Assembly (NCBI GenBank): GCA_041750655.1
Contig: JBGSYZ010000017.1
Span: 4,142-68,141, forward strand
DNA length: 64,000 nt
Reading direction: 5' to 3'
From: Minisyncoccia bacterium
GTDB taxonomy: Bacteria > Patescibacteriota > Minisyncoccia > Phycocordibacterales > UBA918
Position 1 is the stretch's first letter, and each line of letters opens with the position of its first letter. This document shows positions 42,206 through 51,442 of the stretch, in pieces. A program made the translations under genes and the position numbers. The notes beneath the pieces were generated by a model that was given only the letters and a program-made list of their open reading frames with translations, was not told the origin of the DNA and made no database searches.

Positions 42206-42359
42206 GCAGCGCCTGGAAAAAACACGCGTAGGTTGCCCCGGCGGGCAACTCGCTATGCTCGGACACAGACAAAGCCGATGTTTCAAACTGCGGTTTGAAA
42301 CACTTCGCATCGGCTTTGTCCGGCTCTGTGTCCTGTGCAATGTTTTTCCCTGGCGCTGC
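42206..42359. repeat. Branched long palindromic element between divergent genes
   Basis: GCAGCGCC/GGCGCTGC, GGACACAGA/TCTGTGTCC, GACAAAGCCGATG/CATCGGCTTTGTC, TGTTTCAAAC/GTTTGAAACA. Confidence 0.75.
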
Positions 42360-42410
42360 TCGCTCAGTCACATAAATAAAAAGAAACTGGGTGATATACT
42401 TATGTTCAAT

Positions 42411-43130
42411 ATGGCGAGGCGACACACTGGTATTTATTACTCTCGGGTTCATCTTTTGGTGACACTATCGTTCGTCATCGCTCCTATTATTTTTTTGTTA
42501 TTGTTTGCTCGATTAACACCATTAACACTTAGCGACTTAGTCAATGATTTTTCTCAGTCTATCTTTCGTTTATTTGTGGCCTATATAGTAGCGGTTCTGT
42601 TGGCCTGGACGTTAGCGCTCTTGTTTTCGACTGGTAAAAGAAGTGCAGTGGCATTGCCGGTATTTGATGTCTTACAGAGTTTCCCGACGTTTGCGCTGGT
42701 ACCTTTGGCCGTTCTGACATTTGGCGCATCAAATTCCACCGTGATATTTTTTTTGGTCATTACCATTATCTGGCCACTTTTGTTTTCAACAGTAAATGCT
42801 ATCAAACTTATTCGTAAAGAATATTGGGAAGTGGCTGATGTCTACGGGTTACAAGGCTGGCATCGTTTAAAATATTTTCTGTTTCCAGCCAGTATCCCAG
42901 GTATTGTGACCGGTTCTATTATTGGTTTGGGCGAAGGTTGGGAAGCTCTGGTGGCGACTGAAATAATTATGAAAACTGATATTGGTTTAGGAAGTTTTTT
43001 TCAAAAAAGTTCGTCGGATGTCGTAATAACAACCTTGGGCATTATGCTGTTGATGCTCTTTATTTTTAGTCTCAATCGCCTCATTTGGACACCAGTATTG
43101 GCCCGGGTGTACATGCGTATGCAAGAATAA
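42411..43130 (+). CDS. ABC transporter permease (NitT/TauT type)
   Basis: DVLQSFP, multiple TM helices, FPASIP, W..LVATE. Confidence 0.85.
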   Translation: MARRHTGIYYSRVHLLVTLSFVIAPIIFLLLFARLTPLTLSDLVNDFSQSIFRLFVAYIVAVLLAWTLALLFSTGKRSAVALPVFDVLQSFPTFALVPLAVLTFGASNSTVIFFLVITIIWPLLFSTVNAIKLIRKEYWEVADVYGLQGWHRLKYFLFPASIPGIVTGSIIGLGEGWEALVATEIIMKTDIGLGSFFQKSSSDVVITTLGIMLLMLFIFSLNRLIWTPVLARVYMRMQE

Positions 43131-43132
43131 AT

Positions 43133-43885
43133 ATGAATACCAAAGATATATTTATAAAAATTGAGAAGTGTAATCTTGCTTTCAAGCTTCAGTTTCAACG
43201 ACACAAATTGACAGTACTTAAGGATGTGACCATTGATGTCCACCAAGGAGAATTTCTAGTTTTGCTTGGACCGTCTGGTTCTGGTAAGTCGACGTTGCTC
43301 CGAGTAATGAGCGGGCTGGAGAAAGAATACACTGGCAAGGTAGAGATGCTCAAAGGGGTAGGGTTTGATGATGTTAGTTTTGTCTTTCAACAGTTTGCTT
43401 TGTTTCCGTGGTTGACCGTGTTTGAAAACATTGCTCTTGGACTAGTGGCGCGAAATGAAACAGAATCAGTTATCAAGAAAAAAGTGACTGAGGTCGCCAG
43501 GACACTGGGACTTCATTCGTTTATTAATTCCTATCCACGCGAGTTATCTGGAGGAATGAAGCAGCGGGTCGGGATTGCGCGAGCCTTGGTGACTGATCCA
43601 AAAATTATTTTTATGGACGAGCCATTTTCTGGCCTCGACTCATTTACCGCCGCCGAACTGCGTAAAGATTTGCTTCGAATCTGGGCAGAAAAGGGAATGA
43701 CGATTGTATTAGTAACCCATTTAGTATCTGAGGCGGTCGAAATGGCTGATCGGATTGCCATAGTGACACCGCGCCCAGCTACTATAGAAAAAATTATTGC
43801 CAATAAGCTCGCTCGCCCGCGGCAAAACCGGACCGAGGATTTTTACACAATGGAGGATATGATTACGGATTTGGTGCGGCCGTAA
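43133..43885 (+). CDS. ABC transporter ATP-binding protein (NitT/TauT type)
   Basis: GPSGSGKS, LSGGMKQR, MDEPF, VTH. Confidence 0.93.
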   Translation: MNTKDIFIKIEKCNLAFKLQFQRHKLTVLKDVTIDVHQGEFLVLLGPSGSGKSTLLRVMSGLEKEYTGKVEMLKGVGFDDVSFVFQQFALFPWLTVFENIALGLVARNETESVIKKKVTEVARTLGLHSFINSYPRELSGGMKQRVGIARALVTDPKIIFMDEPFSGLDSFTAAELRKDLLRIWAEKGMTIVLVTHLVSEAVEMADRIAIVTPRPATIEKIIANKLARPRQNRTEDFYTMEDMITDLVRP

Positions 43886-43945
43886 AGGCGTTGGCCGCAT
43901 CCCCCTGAGGTGATACACGACCAGTTACGAGTGTTTGAAAAAGAA

Positions 43946-43969
43946 AACGCGCCCGGGAGCGGGCGCGTT
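43946..43969. terminator. Terminator between convergent genes
   Basis: AACGCGCCC-loop-GGGCGCGTT. Confidence 0.75.
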
Positions 43970-43986
43970 AAATTCATGTGTATTCA

Positions 43987-44373
43987 CTAGCTGTTGTAGC
44001 GACCTTCAACCAGGGTTCCAAATCCCCTGATTGCGGCGATAACAGAACCGACCAATGCAGTTGGTCCAGCCAACAGTATCGCTATCAACAAACACCAGAG
44101 TACCCACGGCTCTACGATACTATGTAGCCAATAAATACTCAGTACAGCAATGTAAGCTGAGACTATAATTATTTTATAGTTGTTATGTATTAACCATAGA
44201 ATGAACTTACTGACCAGGAACCAACAGAGTAGCAGTCCGGTTACCAATGTGATCAGGAACCCTGACCACTTGTCCAAAAACGGATTTTCCGCGTTTACCC
44301 CAGTCAGCAGGAATGGCAACCAAGCAGTACAGGTGAGTACTCTTAATGCTGCTTCCAAGATTGCTTTTTTCAC
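43987..44373 (-). CDS. Orphan multi-pass membrane protein
   Basis: 128 aa hydrophobic, TAAGGAG SD before GTG, TTGACA upstream. Confidence 0.7.
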   Translation of the reverse strand: MKKAILEAALRVLTCTAWLPFLLTGVNAENPFLDKWSGFLITLVTGLLLCWFLVSKFILWLIHNNYKIIIVSAYIAVLSIYWLHSIVEPWVLWCLLIAILLAGPTALVGSVIAAIRGFGTLVEGRYNS

Positions 44374-44738
44374 TTCATCTATCTCCTTAAATTTGTGTGT
44401 ATTCTATTATTTATTCAAACATTAAAAAATATGAATGTCAATATCTGCTATATTTAGAATATGAAATTCGAGGTTGGCATGAACAAAGCTGATGATAAGT
44501 GACCTAATGTCACTTCGCAAGACTTTTTCATAAATCTTTGATTTTGAAAACGTAGACTACTTCTGTAAGAAGACTTTCACAGGAGGTTGCCAGTTATTTT
44601 TAAATAGAAACAAAGACAATCAGAACAGCTCCTCTAAACAAGTTTGCTTTCACTGCATTCGTGTAAAATAAAAGCAAACTTTTATTTTGTCACTCATTTG
44701 TGAAAGTAAGGAGGAGGGTCGTATTTTGGAATAAAACT

Positions 44739-45347
44739 ATGAATGAAAAATTATATGTTGTCGGGATTGACGAAGCTGGTCGAGGACCACTTGCAGGGCC
44801 GGTGGCGGTGGGGGCGGCGGTAGTGCCGAGCGATTTTGACTGGGAAAAGCATTTGCCAGGAGTGACCGATAGTAAGAAAATTAGTGAGAAGAAGCGGGAG
44901 GAGATTTACCGGGCAGCGCTGAAGCTAAAGGCTTCAGCGCTGCTTGATTTCAGAGTGGGTTTATCTTCAGCCAAAAATATTGATGATTTTGGAATAGTAC
45001 CGTCTATAAAAATGGCTATTGCTGGTTGTTTGAAAAAGCTGGAATTAAATCCGACTAAAGTATCGGTAAAACTCGACGGGGGATTGAAGGCGCCGGAAGA
45101 ATATATCCATCAAGAAACTATTATTAAAGGCGACAGTACGGAAAAAGTAATTGGGTTGGCGTCGATTCTGGCCAAAGTGACTCGAGATCGGTATATGGTG
45201 CGAAAATCTTCTTTGAAGATTTTCGCACCATATGATTTCTCCACCCATAAAGGCTACGGTACCAAGAAGCATTGTGAAGCTATAGCCAAAAACGGTCTTA
45301 GTTCAGAGCACCGAAAGAGTTATTGCAAAAATATTATTTTGTTGTAA
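44739..45347 (+). CDS. rnhB: Ribonuclease HII
   Basis: GIDEAGRG, DSKK, KGD, ASILAKVTRD, HKGYGT. Confidence 0.96.
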   Translation: MNEKLYVVGIDEAGRGPLAGPVAVGAAVVPSDFDWEKHLPGVTDSKKISEKKREEIYRAALKLKASALLDFRVGLSSAKNIDDFGIVPSIKMAIAGCLKKLELNPTKVSVKLDGGLKAPEEYIHQETIIKGDSTEKVIGLASILAKVTRDRYMVRKSSLKIFAPYDFSTHKGYGTKKHCEAIAKNGLSSEHRKSYCKNIILL

Positions 45348-45392
45348 TATTTTGGCTCGCTCATTTGAGGAGCGAATCACAGGGAGCCTACA

Positions 45393-45584
45393 GTGCCAGA
45401 GGAATATCTTCACATTCACGCCAGCGGCAAGTCCGCCGATATGATGGCTGCGGCCATCAAGCTGAGCGAGTCGCTGACCAAAGCGGCCAATCAGAACCGT
45501 CAAACTGTGGCCGATCTTGCTGCACACAACGCCGCGCTGTACGCACGGCTGTTCACCCCGTGGTGGCTCATCAAAGCCGCCTAA
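45393..45584 (+). CDS. Small orphan protein
   Basis: 63 aa, GGGAG SD before GTG, GC-rich, hairpin GACCGGCACCC/GGGTGCCGGTC downstream. Confidence 0.65.
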   Translation: MPEEYLHIHASGKSADMMAAAIKLSESLTKAANQNRQTVADLAAHNAALYARLFTPWWLIKAA

Positions 45585-45638
45585 CGCTCTTTTAGACCGG
45601 CACCCAACTTGAGGGTGCCGGTCAAATCTTTTTACATA

Positions 45639-45666
45639 TTGCATTATTACTCATTTCTGCTATAGT
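45639..45666 (+). promoter_or_regulatory. Promoter of rpmF (near-leaderless)
   Basis: TTGCAT-16 bp-TATAGT, ATG 10 nt downstream. Confidence 0.7.
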
Positions 45667-45676
45667 TCTGCCCACT

Positions 45677-46000
45677 ATGGTAGTACGAATGCGTAATAAC
45701 CGTTCGCAGAGCAAGCAGCGTCGAAGTCATCATGGACTTTCCGCTCCTGAGCTCGCGACCTGTAAAAACTGTGGAGCCCACCATCGGCCGCACCACATGT
45801 GTCTTGATTGTGGTTTTTATAATGGCCGACAAGTAATGGATTTGGCAGCTGACAAAGCTAAACGAGAAGCTCGTTTAAATGCCAAGAAAGATGTTATTAA
45901 AGGCTCACACGAAGAACACGAAGAGGTAAAAGCAGAAAAGAAACCAAAAGCCAAAGCAAAAAAGGCAAAAGTACAAGCGGAAGACGAGTCTTCAAAGTAG
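45677..46000 (+). CDS. rpmF: 50S ribosomal protein L32 with charged C-terminal extension
   Basis: RRSH, CKNC...PHHMCLDCGFYNGR. Confidence 0.93.
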   Translation: MVVRMRNNRSQSKQRRSHHGLSAPELATCKNCGAHHRPHHMCLDCGFYNGRQVMDLAADKAKREARLNAKKDVIKGSHEEHEEVKAEKKPKAKAKKAKVQAEDESSK

Positions 46001-46095
46001 ATATAATCCCCAAAATCCCCGCAACCAGCGGGGTTTTTGAAATAAAAGGGTGGTATGATAGGAGGTAGATTAGATAAGTTCAATATTTGATAGTT

Positions 46096-47001
46096 ATGGC
46101 AAATAGGCACCTTTCACGTTCGATTGTTCTTCAAACACTCTTTGAGTGGGATTTAAATAGTATCGAAAAAGCAAAAGTAACCGACGCCTTAAAACGCAAC
46201 GTAGAAGAGTTTGCACCCAATAAAACTGATTTACCGTTCATGGAGAAGCTCCTGGATGGCATTTTACAAAAACAAAGTGAGCTTGATTTAATTATCACTA
46301 AAGCGGCTCCAGATTGGCCGTTAGATAGAATTTCGCCTGTTGATAGAAACATCCTTAGGCTCGGTCTGTACGAGCTTCTTTTTGCTGATCGTAAAGAAGT
46401 GCCAGCCAAAGTGGCTATCAATGAAGCTATTGAACTCGCTAAGCAATTTGGTGGTGACAATAGTGGTCGGTTTGTTAACGGTGTATTGGGGGCGGTGTAT
46501 AAAGAGATTGGCGAACCCGGAAAAGACGAAACCGGGAAGAAGCGAAAGAAAGATGTTCCGTTTGAAGACATGCCTATTGAGCGACTTTCAGGAGCGGTAG
46601 TGTACTCACTAGATGAAAACGGTGACATGTTTCTAGCGTTAGTTCACGATATATTTGGTCACTGGACTTTGTCTAAGAGTAAAATTAAACCAGAAGAAAC
46701 TATCGAAGATGGAGCGGTACGGGCTCTTAAAGAAGAAATTGGTTTAGAGGTAAAAATTGAAACTCAACTTGGCAGCAATGAATACGTGGCTTCCCAACCT
46801 GAAGTTGGTAAAGTGCGTAAGCAGGTAAACTACTTTTTAGCCAAAGCCGAATACAAAGAACTCAGTTTGGAGAAAAAAGGTGGCCTGGATGATGCTCAGT
46901 GGTTTAAAGTGGCCGATATCCTTGATTTAAATTTCTACGAAGATATTTTACCAATTGTCACTAAGGCCGTAACCCACCTGGTTGCCAAAAAAACGACATG
47001 A
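46096..47001 (+). CDS. nusB: NusB fused to a C-terminal NUDIX-fold domain
   Basis: RHLSR, DRNILRLG, INEAIELAK, FVNGVL; then WTLSK...ALKEEIGL. Confidence 0.92.
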   Translation: MANRHLSRSIVLQTLFEWDLNSIEKAKVTDALKRNVEEFAPNKTDLPFMEKLLDGILQKQSELDLIITKAAPDWPLDRISPVDRNILRLGLYELLFADRKEVPAKVAINEAIELAKQFGGDNSGRFVNGVLGAVYKEIGEPGKDETGKKRKKDVPFEDMPIERLSGAVVYSLDENGDMFLALVHDIFGHWTLSKSKIKPEETIEDGAVRALKEEIGLEVKIETQLGSNEYVASQPEVGKVRKQVNYFLAKAEYKELSLEKKGGLDDAQWFKVADILDLNFYEDILPIVTKAVTHLVAKKTT

Positions 47002-47019
47002 GTGTAGTGTAGCCCCATT

Positions 47020-47730
47020 ATGGAAGTGACCAATAACGGAGAACTCAATGTTTCGGCTCTAGAGAAGATTTTAGGTGTAGAGTTCAAAAATAAGGAATTT
47101 CTACTTTCAGCGATGACCCATCGCTCGTACTTGAACGAACATAAAGAAGCCAACCAAGACCACAACGAACGGTTGGAGTTTTTAGGGGACGCCGTCCTTG
47201 AGTTGGTGATTACTGATTTTCTCTTTACAAAATACCCAGACAAACCGGAAGGTGAATTAACCGCTGTACGAGCTGCGTTGGTAAACACTAATAGTCTGGC
47301 AGAGGCTTCAACCAAACTGGGTCTTAATGATTTCTTGCTTCTTTCTAAAGGCGAAGCTAAAGATACTGGGCGAGCTCGAGTATATATTTTGGCTAACTCG
47401 TTTGAGTCAGTCATTGGTGCCATGTATATGGATCAGGGCTATGAAGTAGCTAGAGATTTTATTGGACGCCAACTGTTTGCTCAAACTGATAAGATTGTTG
47501 AAAAACGTCTATGGCAAGATGCTAAGAGTCGTTTCCAAGAAATGGCTCAAGAACATGCGGGCGTAACTCCAAATTATGAAACTCTCAGCCAAGTTGGTCC
47601 GGATCACGATCGAATTTTTACAGTCGGAGTATTTCTGGGTGATAAAAAAATAGCAGAAGGAAACGGTCGGGCCAAACAGGAAGCTGAACAAGCAGCAGCC
47701 GAAAAAGCAATAGAAATAAAAAATTGGTAA
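47020..47730 (+). CDS. rnc: Ribonuclease III
   Basis: NERLEFLGDAVL, dsRBD with KQEAEQAAA. Confidence 0.97.
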   Translation: MEVTNNGELNVSALEKILGVEFKNKEFLLSAMTHRSYLNEHKEANQDHNERLEFLGDAVLELVITDFLFTKYPDKPEGELTAVRAALVNTNSLAEASTKLGLNDFLLLSKGEAKDTGRARVYILANSFESVIGAMYMDQGYEVARDFIGRQLFAQTDKIVEKRLWQDAKSRFQEMAQEHAGVTPNYETLSQVGPDHDRIFTVGVFLGDKKIAEGNGRAKQEAEQAAAEKAIEIKNW

Positions 47731-47766
47731 AAAAGAACTAGGTAATTTTAAATAGTTTGCTCACAG

Positions 47767-47795
47767 GGGGCGAAAAACCGAAGGTTTTTCGCCCC
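47767..47795 (+). terminator. Hairpin after rnc
   Basis: GGGGCGAAAAACC-gaa-GGTTTTTCGCCCC. Confidence 0.65.
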
Positions 47796-47811
47796 AATCG
47801 CGTGATAAAAT

Positions 47812-48408
47812 GTGGTTGTGTTTAAGAATTATAAAAAAGGTTTTACGTTAGTAGAGTTGCTGATTGTAATAGCCATAATTGCAATTTTGGCTGGTTTAAT
47901 TCTGGCTAATTATCAAGAAGCTAGGAAGCAATCACGCGATGAAAAAAGGAAGATTGATATTGAACAAATAGCGCTTGCTCTACGTTTGTATGTTGAGAAA
48001 AATGGTCAAACAGTAACATGCATTGATGGTATGAAGATTGACGGGAGCACAAACATCGTCACTCTTGACGGCGGTGCTCAACCAGACTGTAGTGCAGATG
48101 ATGGTCCTAATATAATGGACCACCTTAATTCATATTTTGGGGGCAATATTCCTCATGATCCACTCGGACCCAATAATAATGATTACTATTATTACTTTGA
48201 TTCATTTCATACATGTCAACCTGCCGCTGTACCAATGGTGTTTGCTGTTAATTTAGAATCAAGCCCTACTAATTTATACAAAGTCTGCGCTGCACCAGGA
48301 GGCCCAGGAGGCAATGATGGCGGTTTAAAGAATACAACCGGTCCAGGCATAGGAGGTACCATCAATCCAAGTGCACCATATGTTAAAATTCTTGATTTTA
48401 TAATTTAA
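47812..48408 (+). CDS. Type IV pilin / pseudopilin-like protein
   Basis: KG|FTLVELLIVIAII, SRDEKRK, IPHDP. Confidence 0.9.
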   Translation: MVVFKNYKKGFTLVELLIVIAIIAILAGLILANYQEARKQSRDEKRKIDIEQIALALRLYVEKNGQTVTCIDGMKIDGSTNIVTLDGGAQPDCSADDGPNIMDHLNSYFGGNIPHDPLGPNNNDYYYYFDSFHTCQPAAVPMVFAVNLESSPTNLYKVCAAPGGPGGNDGGLKNTTGPGIGGTINPSAPYVKILDFII

Positions 48409-48413
48409 TTTTA

Positions 48414-50678
48414 ATGCACCTTAAAGAGCTTACAATCAACGGCTTTAAATCTTTCGCTAAAAAAAGTGAGTTGGAATTTTCAGCGCAAGTGACTGGTATC
48501 GTGGGTCCAAACGGCTCAGGTAAGAGTAACGTAGCGGAAGCATTTCGGTTTGTACTCGGTGAACAATCAGTTAAATCAATGCGTGGTAAAAAAGGCGAAG
48601 ATCTGATATTTAGTGGTACCGATAAAGTTGCTAGAACCAACCGAGCCTCGGTATCGGTCATAATGGATAACACCAGCAAGACCTTTCCGGTCGATTTTGA
48701 TGAAGTGCAAATCGAGCGAACGGTTCACCGTGATGGTAGTAATGAGTATGCAATTAATGGTTCACGAGTACGTCTGAAGGATGTCCAAGAGCTACTGGCT
48801 TCAGCCAACATTGGCTCGACCGGTCACCACATTATTTCACAGGGTGAAGCAGACCGGATTCTAACTGCTTCGGCCAAAGAACGACGAGAAATGATTGAAG
48901 ATGCTCTTGGCCTTAAGATTTACCAATACAAAAAAGCCGAAAGTGAACGTAAGCTCGCTAAAACTGTCGAAAATATTGCTCAGGTAACTCTGCTACGAAA
49001 AGAAGCGGCTCCGCATTTAAATTTTCTTGAGCGACAAATCAAAAAAATTGAAAAATCTCTTGCGCTGCAAGAAGAATTAAAAAATGTTTACGCTGAGTAT
49101 TTAAAACGTGAAGATACGTACATTGCGTTTCATCATGATCGTCTAACCGCCGAACGCGAAACACCGGCGAAAACATTAGAAACAAAGAAGGCTGAGATTA
49201 CTGAGTTAAAATCCGCTCTCGATCGAGAGGAGACAAAAGATGAGCGGCGAGATGAACTCGTGGCTTTGGAAGGAGAAATTTCGAAACTCAGAAGTGACCG
49301 TCAGGAGTTACTGCGTAAAAGCGGTCAACTTGAAGGACAAGTCTCCTATATACAACGGCAAATTGAAGATAAACAAAATCGCACTGGAACCAAAGATATT
49401 TTAGTGCCGTACGAGAAGGTTGAGTCAGTGTTTGAAACCGTGGCTAATGATGCAGAGCAGGCATTAGCTAAAAACGATGAGTCAGTGGTGCGTCGCAGTC
49501 TGACAGATTTAGTGCATATTTTACGCAAGTTTGTCCACGATTTGTCAGAGGGGAATGTTGCTCCCGATACTGTATCTGAGGAAAAAGAGCTTACTGATTT
49601 ACAAAAGGAGAAAGAAAAAATCGATGCCGAACTAAGCACTTTTGATAGTAAAGAAGAAAAGTTACAGTCTGAATCAACTGAACTCAAGACGGCGCTAGAG
49701 GCGTCTTCAGTTGAGAGTCGAGAAGCCGAACGTCAGCTCTTTGCTGCCATGAATGAGGTTCGTGTCGCAGAAACTGAAATTAATCGTGTTGATCGAGAGC
49801 TAGACGCGCTCGAGCGTGATCGTGAAGAGTTTAAACGGGAACTTCAAGAGGCTGTAACTTTACTCGGTCGTGCTGCTTCTGAATACTACAATCGTATACT
49901 TGGTGGTGGTGACACTACTCTACCGGTAGAGGATATTGTCAGTGAAGACCGACAGAAACAACGTGATCGACGTCGTGAGTTGGAAAAGATGAAAATTCGT
50001 CTGGAAGAACTTGGCATTGGTGCGACTGAAGATGTTGAGAAAGAGTATAAAGATGCCAAAGAACGAGATGAATTTTTGGAAAAAGAAGTGGCAGACTTAG
50101 AGGCATCAGTCGAGAAGTTAGAAAGTTTGATTGCTGAGCTAACCGTTGAACTCAATGAGCAGTTCGGGGCCGGTATTGAAAAAATTGGCGTCGAGTTTAA
50201 AAAATTCTTTACCTTAATGTTTGGTGGTGGTGACGCTTCTCTTAAAAAAGTCACCCCAAAACCTCGAAAGAAAACTGATGAAGACGGGGAGGTGTTTGAT
50301 GAAGAGGAAGATGTACCGTTGGAAGAAGGGATTGAACTTGATGTACAACTACCGAATAAGCGAGTGCGTGGTCTGGATATGCTTTCGGGAGGTGAACGAG
50401 CCCTCACTTCGATTGCACTTATCTTCGCGATGAGTCAGGTGAATCCACCACCGTTTATTATCCTCGATGAAACCGATGCTGCTCTGGATGAAGCCAATAG
50501 TCGCCGGTATGGAGACATGATTACCGCGTTGTCTGAAAAAAGTCAGCTTATTCTGATCACTCATAACCGCGAAACTATGAGCCGAGCTGGTATTCTGTAT
50601 GGTGTTACCATGGGGGGCGATGGGGTCTCCAAGCTCTTGTCTGTTAAGTTTGATGAAGCGGTGGCGGTGGCTAAGTAG
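48414..50678 (+). CDS. smc: Short SMC-family ATPase
   Basis: GFKSF, GPNGSGKSN, IISQG, LSGGE, ILDETDAALD, ITH. Confidence 0.9.
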   Translation: MHLKELTINGFKSFAKKSELEFSAQVTGIVGPNGSGKSNVAEAFRFVLGEQSVKSMRGKKGEDLIFSGTDKVARTNRASVSVIMDNTSKTFPVDFDEVQIERTVHRDGSNEYAINGSRVRLKDVQELLASANIGSTGHHIISQGEADRILTASAKERREMIEDALGLKIYQYKKAESERKLAKTVENIAQVTLLRKEAAPHLNFLERQIKKIEKSLALQEELKNVYAEYLKREDTYIAFHHDRLTAERETPAKTLETKKAEITELKSALDREETKDERRDELVALEGEISKLRSDRQELLRKSGQLEGQVSYIQRQIEDKQNRTGTKDILVPYEKVESVFETVANDAEQALAKNDESVVRRSLTDLVHILRKFVHDLSEGNVAPDTVSEEKELTDLQKEKEKIDAELSTFDSKEEKLQSESTELKTALEASSVESREAERQLFAAMNEVRVAETEINRVDRELDALERDREEFKRELQEAVTLLGRAASEYYNRILGGGDTTLPVEDIVSEDRQKQRDRRRELEKMKIRLEELGIGATEDVEKEYKDAKERDEFLEKEVADLEASVEKLESLIAELTVELNEQFGAGIEKIGVEFKKFFTLMFGGGDASLKKVTPKPRKKTDEDGEVFDEEEDVPLEEGIELDVQLPNKRVRGLDMLSGGERALTSIALIFAMSQVNPPPFIILDETDAALDEANSRRYGDMITALSEKSQLILITHNRETMSRAGILYGVTMGGDGVSKLLSVKFDEAVAVAK

Positions 50679-50768
50679 CCAAAAATTTAACAACATGTGT
50701 GTTACACAACTTTTTTATAAACGTAATAGTTTATACTTTTAGAGGCAAGAACCAGAATTGGATTCCAA

Positions 50769-50948
50769 ATGTCAGATCAAGAAAAGCCACTGAAAGTTCC
50801 AGGCACTCACAGCTCCGAGTGTCTGTGTTCAGATTGCAGAGGGGCACGGGCTGCCCGCGAGGCGGCAGAGAGTCGTGCTCGACGTGAAGCTGTACTCAGT
50901 TTTTCTGCCGACCAATCGGTGTGGGCTAGAGATGGCTGGCGCAATTGA
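50769..50948 (+). CDS. 59-aa orphan with HxxxCxCxxC metal-binding motif (not in ORF track)
   Basis: MSDQEKPLKVPGTHSSECLCSDCRGARAAREAAESRARREAVLSFSADQSVWARDGWRN, hairpin directly downstream. Confidence 0.65.
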   Translation: MSDQEKPLKVPGTHSSECLCSDCRGARAAREAAESRARREAVLSFSADQSVWARDGWRN

Positions 50949-50956
50949 CAACAACA

Positions 50957-50985
50957 GGCCCGGTCCGCGAAAGCGGACCGGGCCT
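50957..50985 (+). terminator. Hairpin terminator
   Basis: AGGCCCGGTCCGC-gaaa-GCGGACCGGGCCT. Confidence 0.8.
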
Positions 50986-51090
50986 CATTTAATATTGACA
51001 AATAAATTTTTTAATTGATAATAGCGAGGAAAGCACCCCTCCACAATATGTTGTGAGGGTATAAATCTGACAAAAGAAAAGGAGTTAGTC

Positions 51091-51399
51091 TTGGCACGTA
51101 TTAACCAAGATCTTGACGAAAGCTCTGATCCTAGAGCTACGAAAATGGCTGACACACGAGCAGCAGTTCGTAAACTGATTGAGGATCAGTACGGACTAGT
51201 CTCTTGGGTCAAGGCACGTGATTTGGGTGCACAGTACTATATATGTGCGCAGACGGTTATAAAGTTTGCGACCGGAGAGACCCGAAAGCCTTCATCGTAC
51301 ACCATGTTTTGTATGGAGAAGTCAGTTGGATATGGTTTAGCAAGAGTTCCTCTTGATACTAAACTTCCGAAGGGAGCAAGTTGGCTAGAGTTTGGGTAA
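51091..51399 (+). CDS. Orphan putative XRE-like helix-turn-helix protein
   Basis: AAGGAG SD before TTG; ICAQTVIKFATGETRKP resembles an HTH recognition helix; TTGACA-16-GATAAT upstream. Confidence 0.65.
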   Translation: MARINQDLDESSDPRATKMADTRAAVRKLIEDQYGLVSWVKARDLGAQYYICAQTVIKFATGETRKPSSYTMFCMEKSVGYGLARVPLDTKLPKGASWLEFG

Positions 51400-51414
51400 C
51401 TTTGTTATGGCAAA

Positions 51415-51438
51415 AGGGCCGCACGAATGTGCGGCCCT
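51415..51438. terminator. Bidirectional terminator
   Basis: AGGGCCGCAC-gaat-GTGCGGCCCT. Confidence 0.85.
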
Positions 51439-51442
51439 ATTT

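Noticed and set aside
44460-44700. Hairpins upstream of rnhB as a possible ncRNA
   Set aside because: Weak AT-rich pairing, no clear promoter-terminator pair
50769-51399. Prophage remnant
   Set aside because: No integrase, structural genes or att repeats
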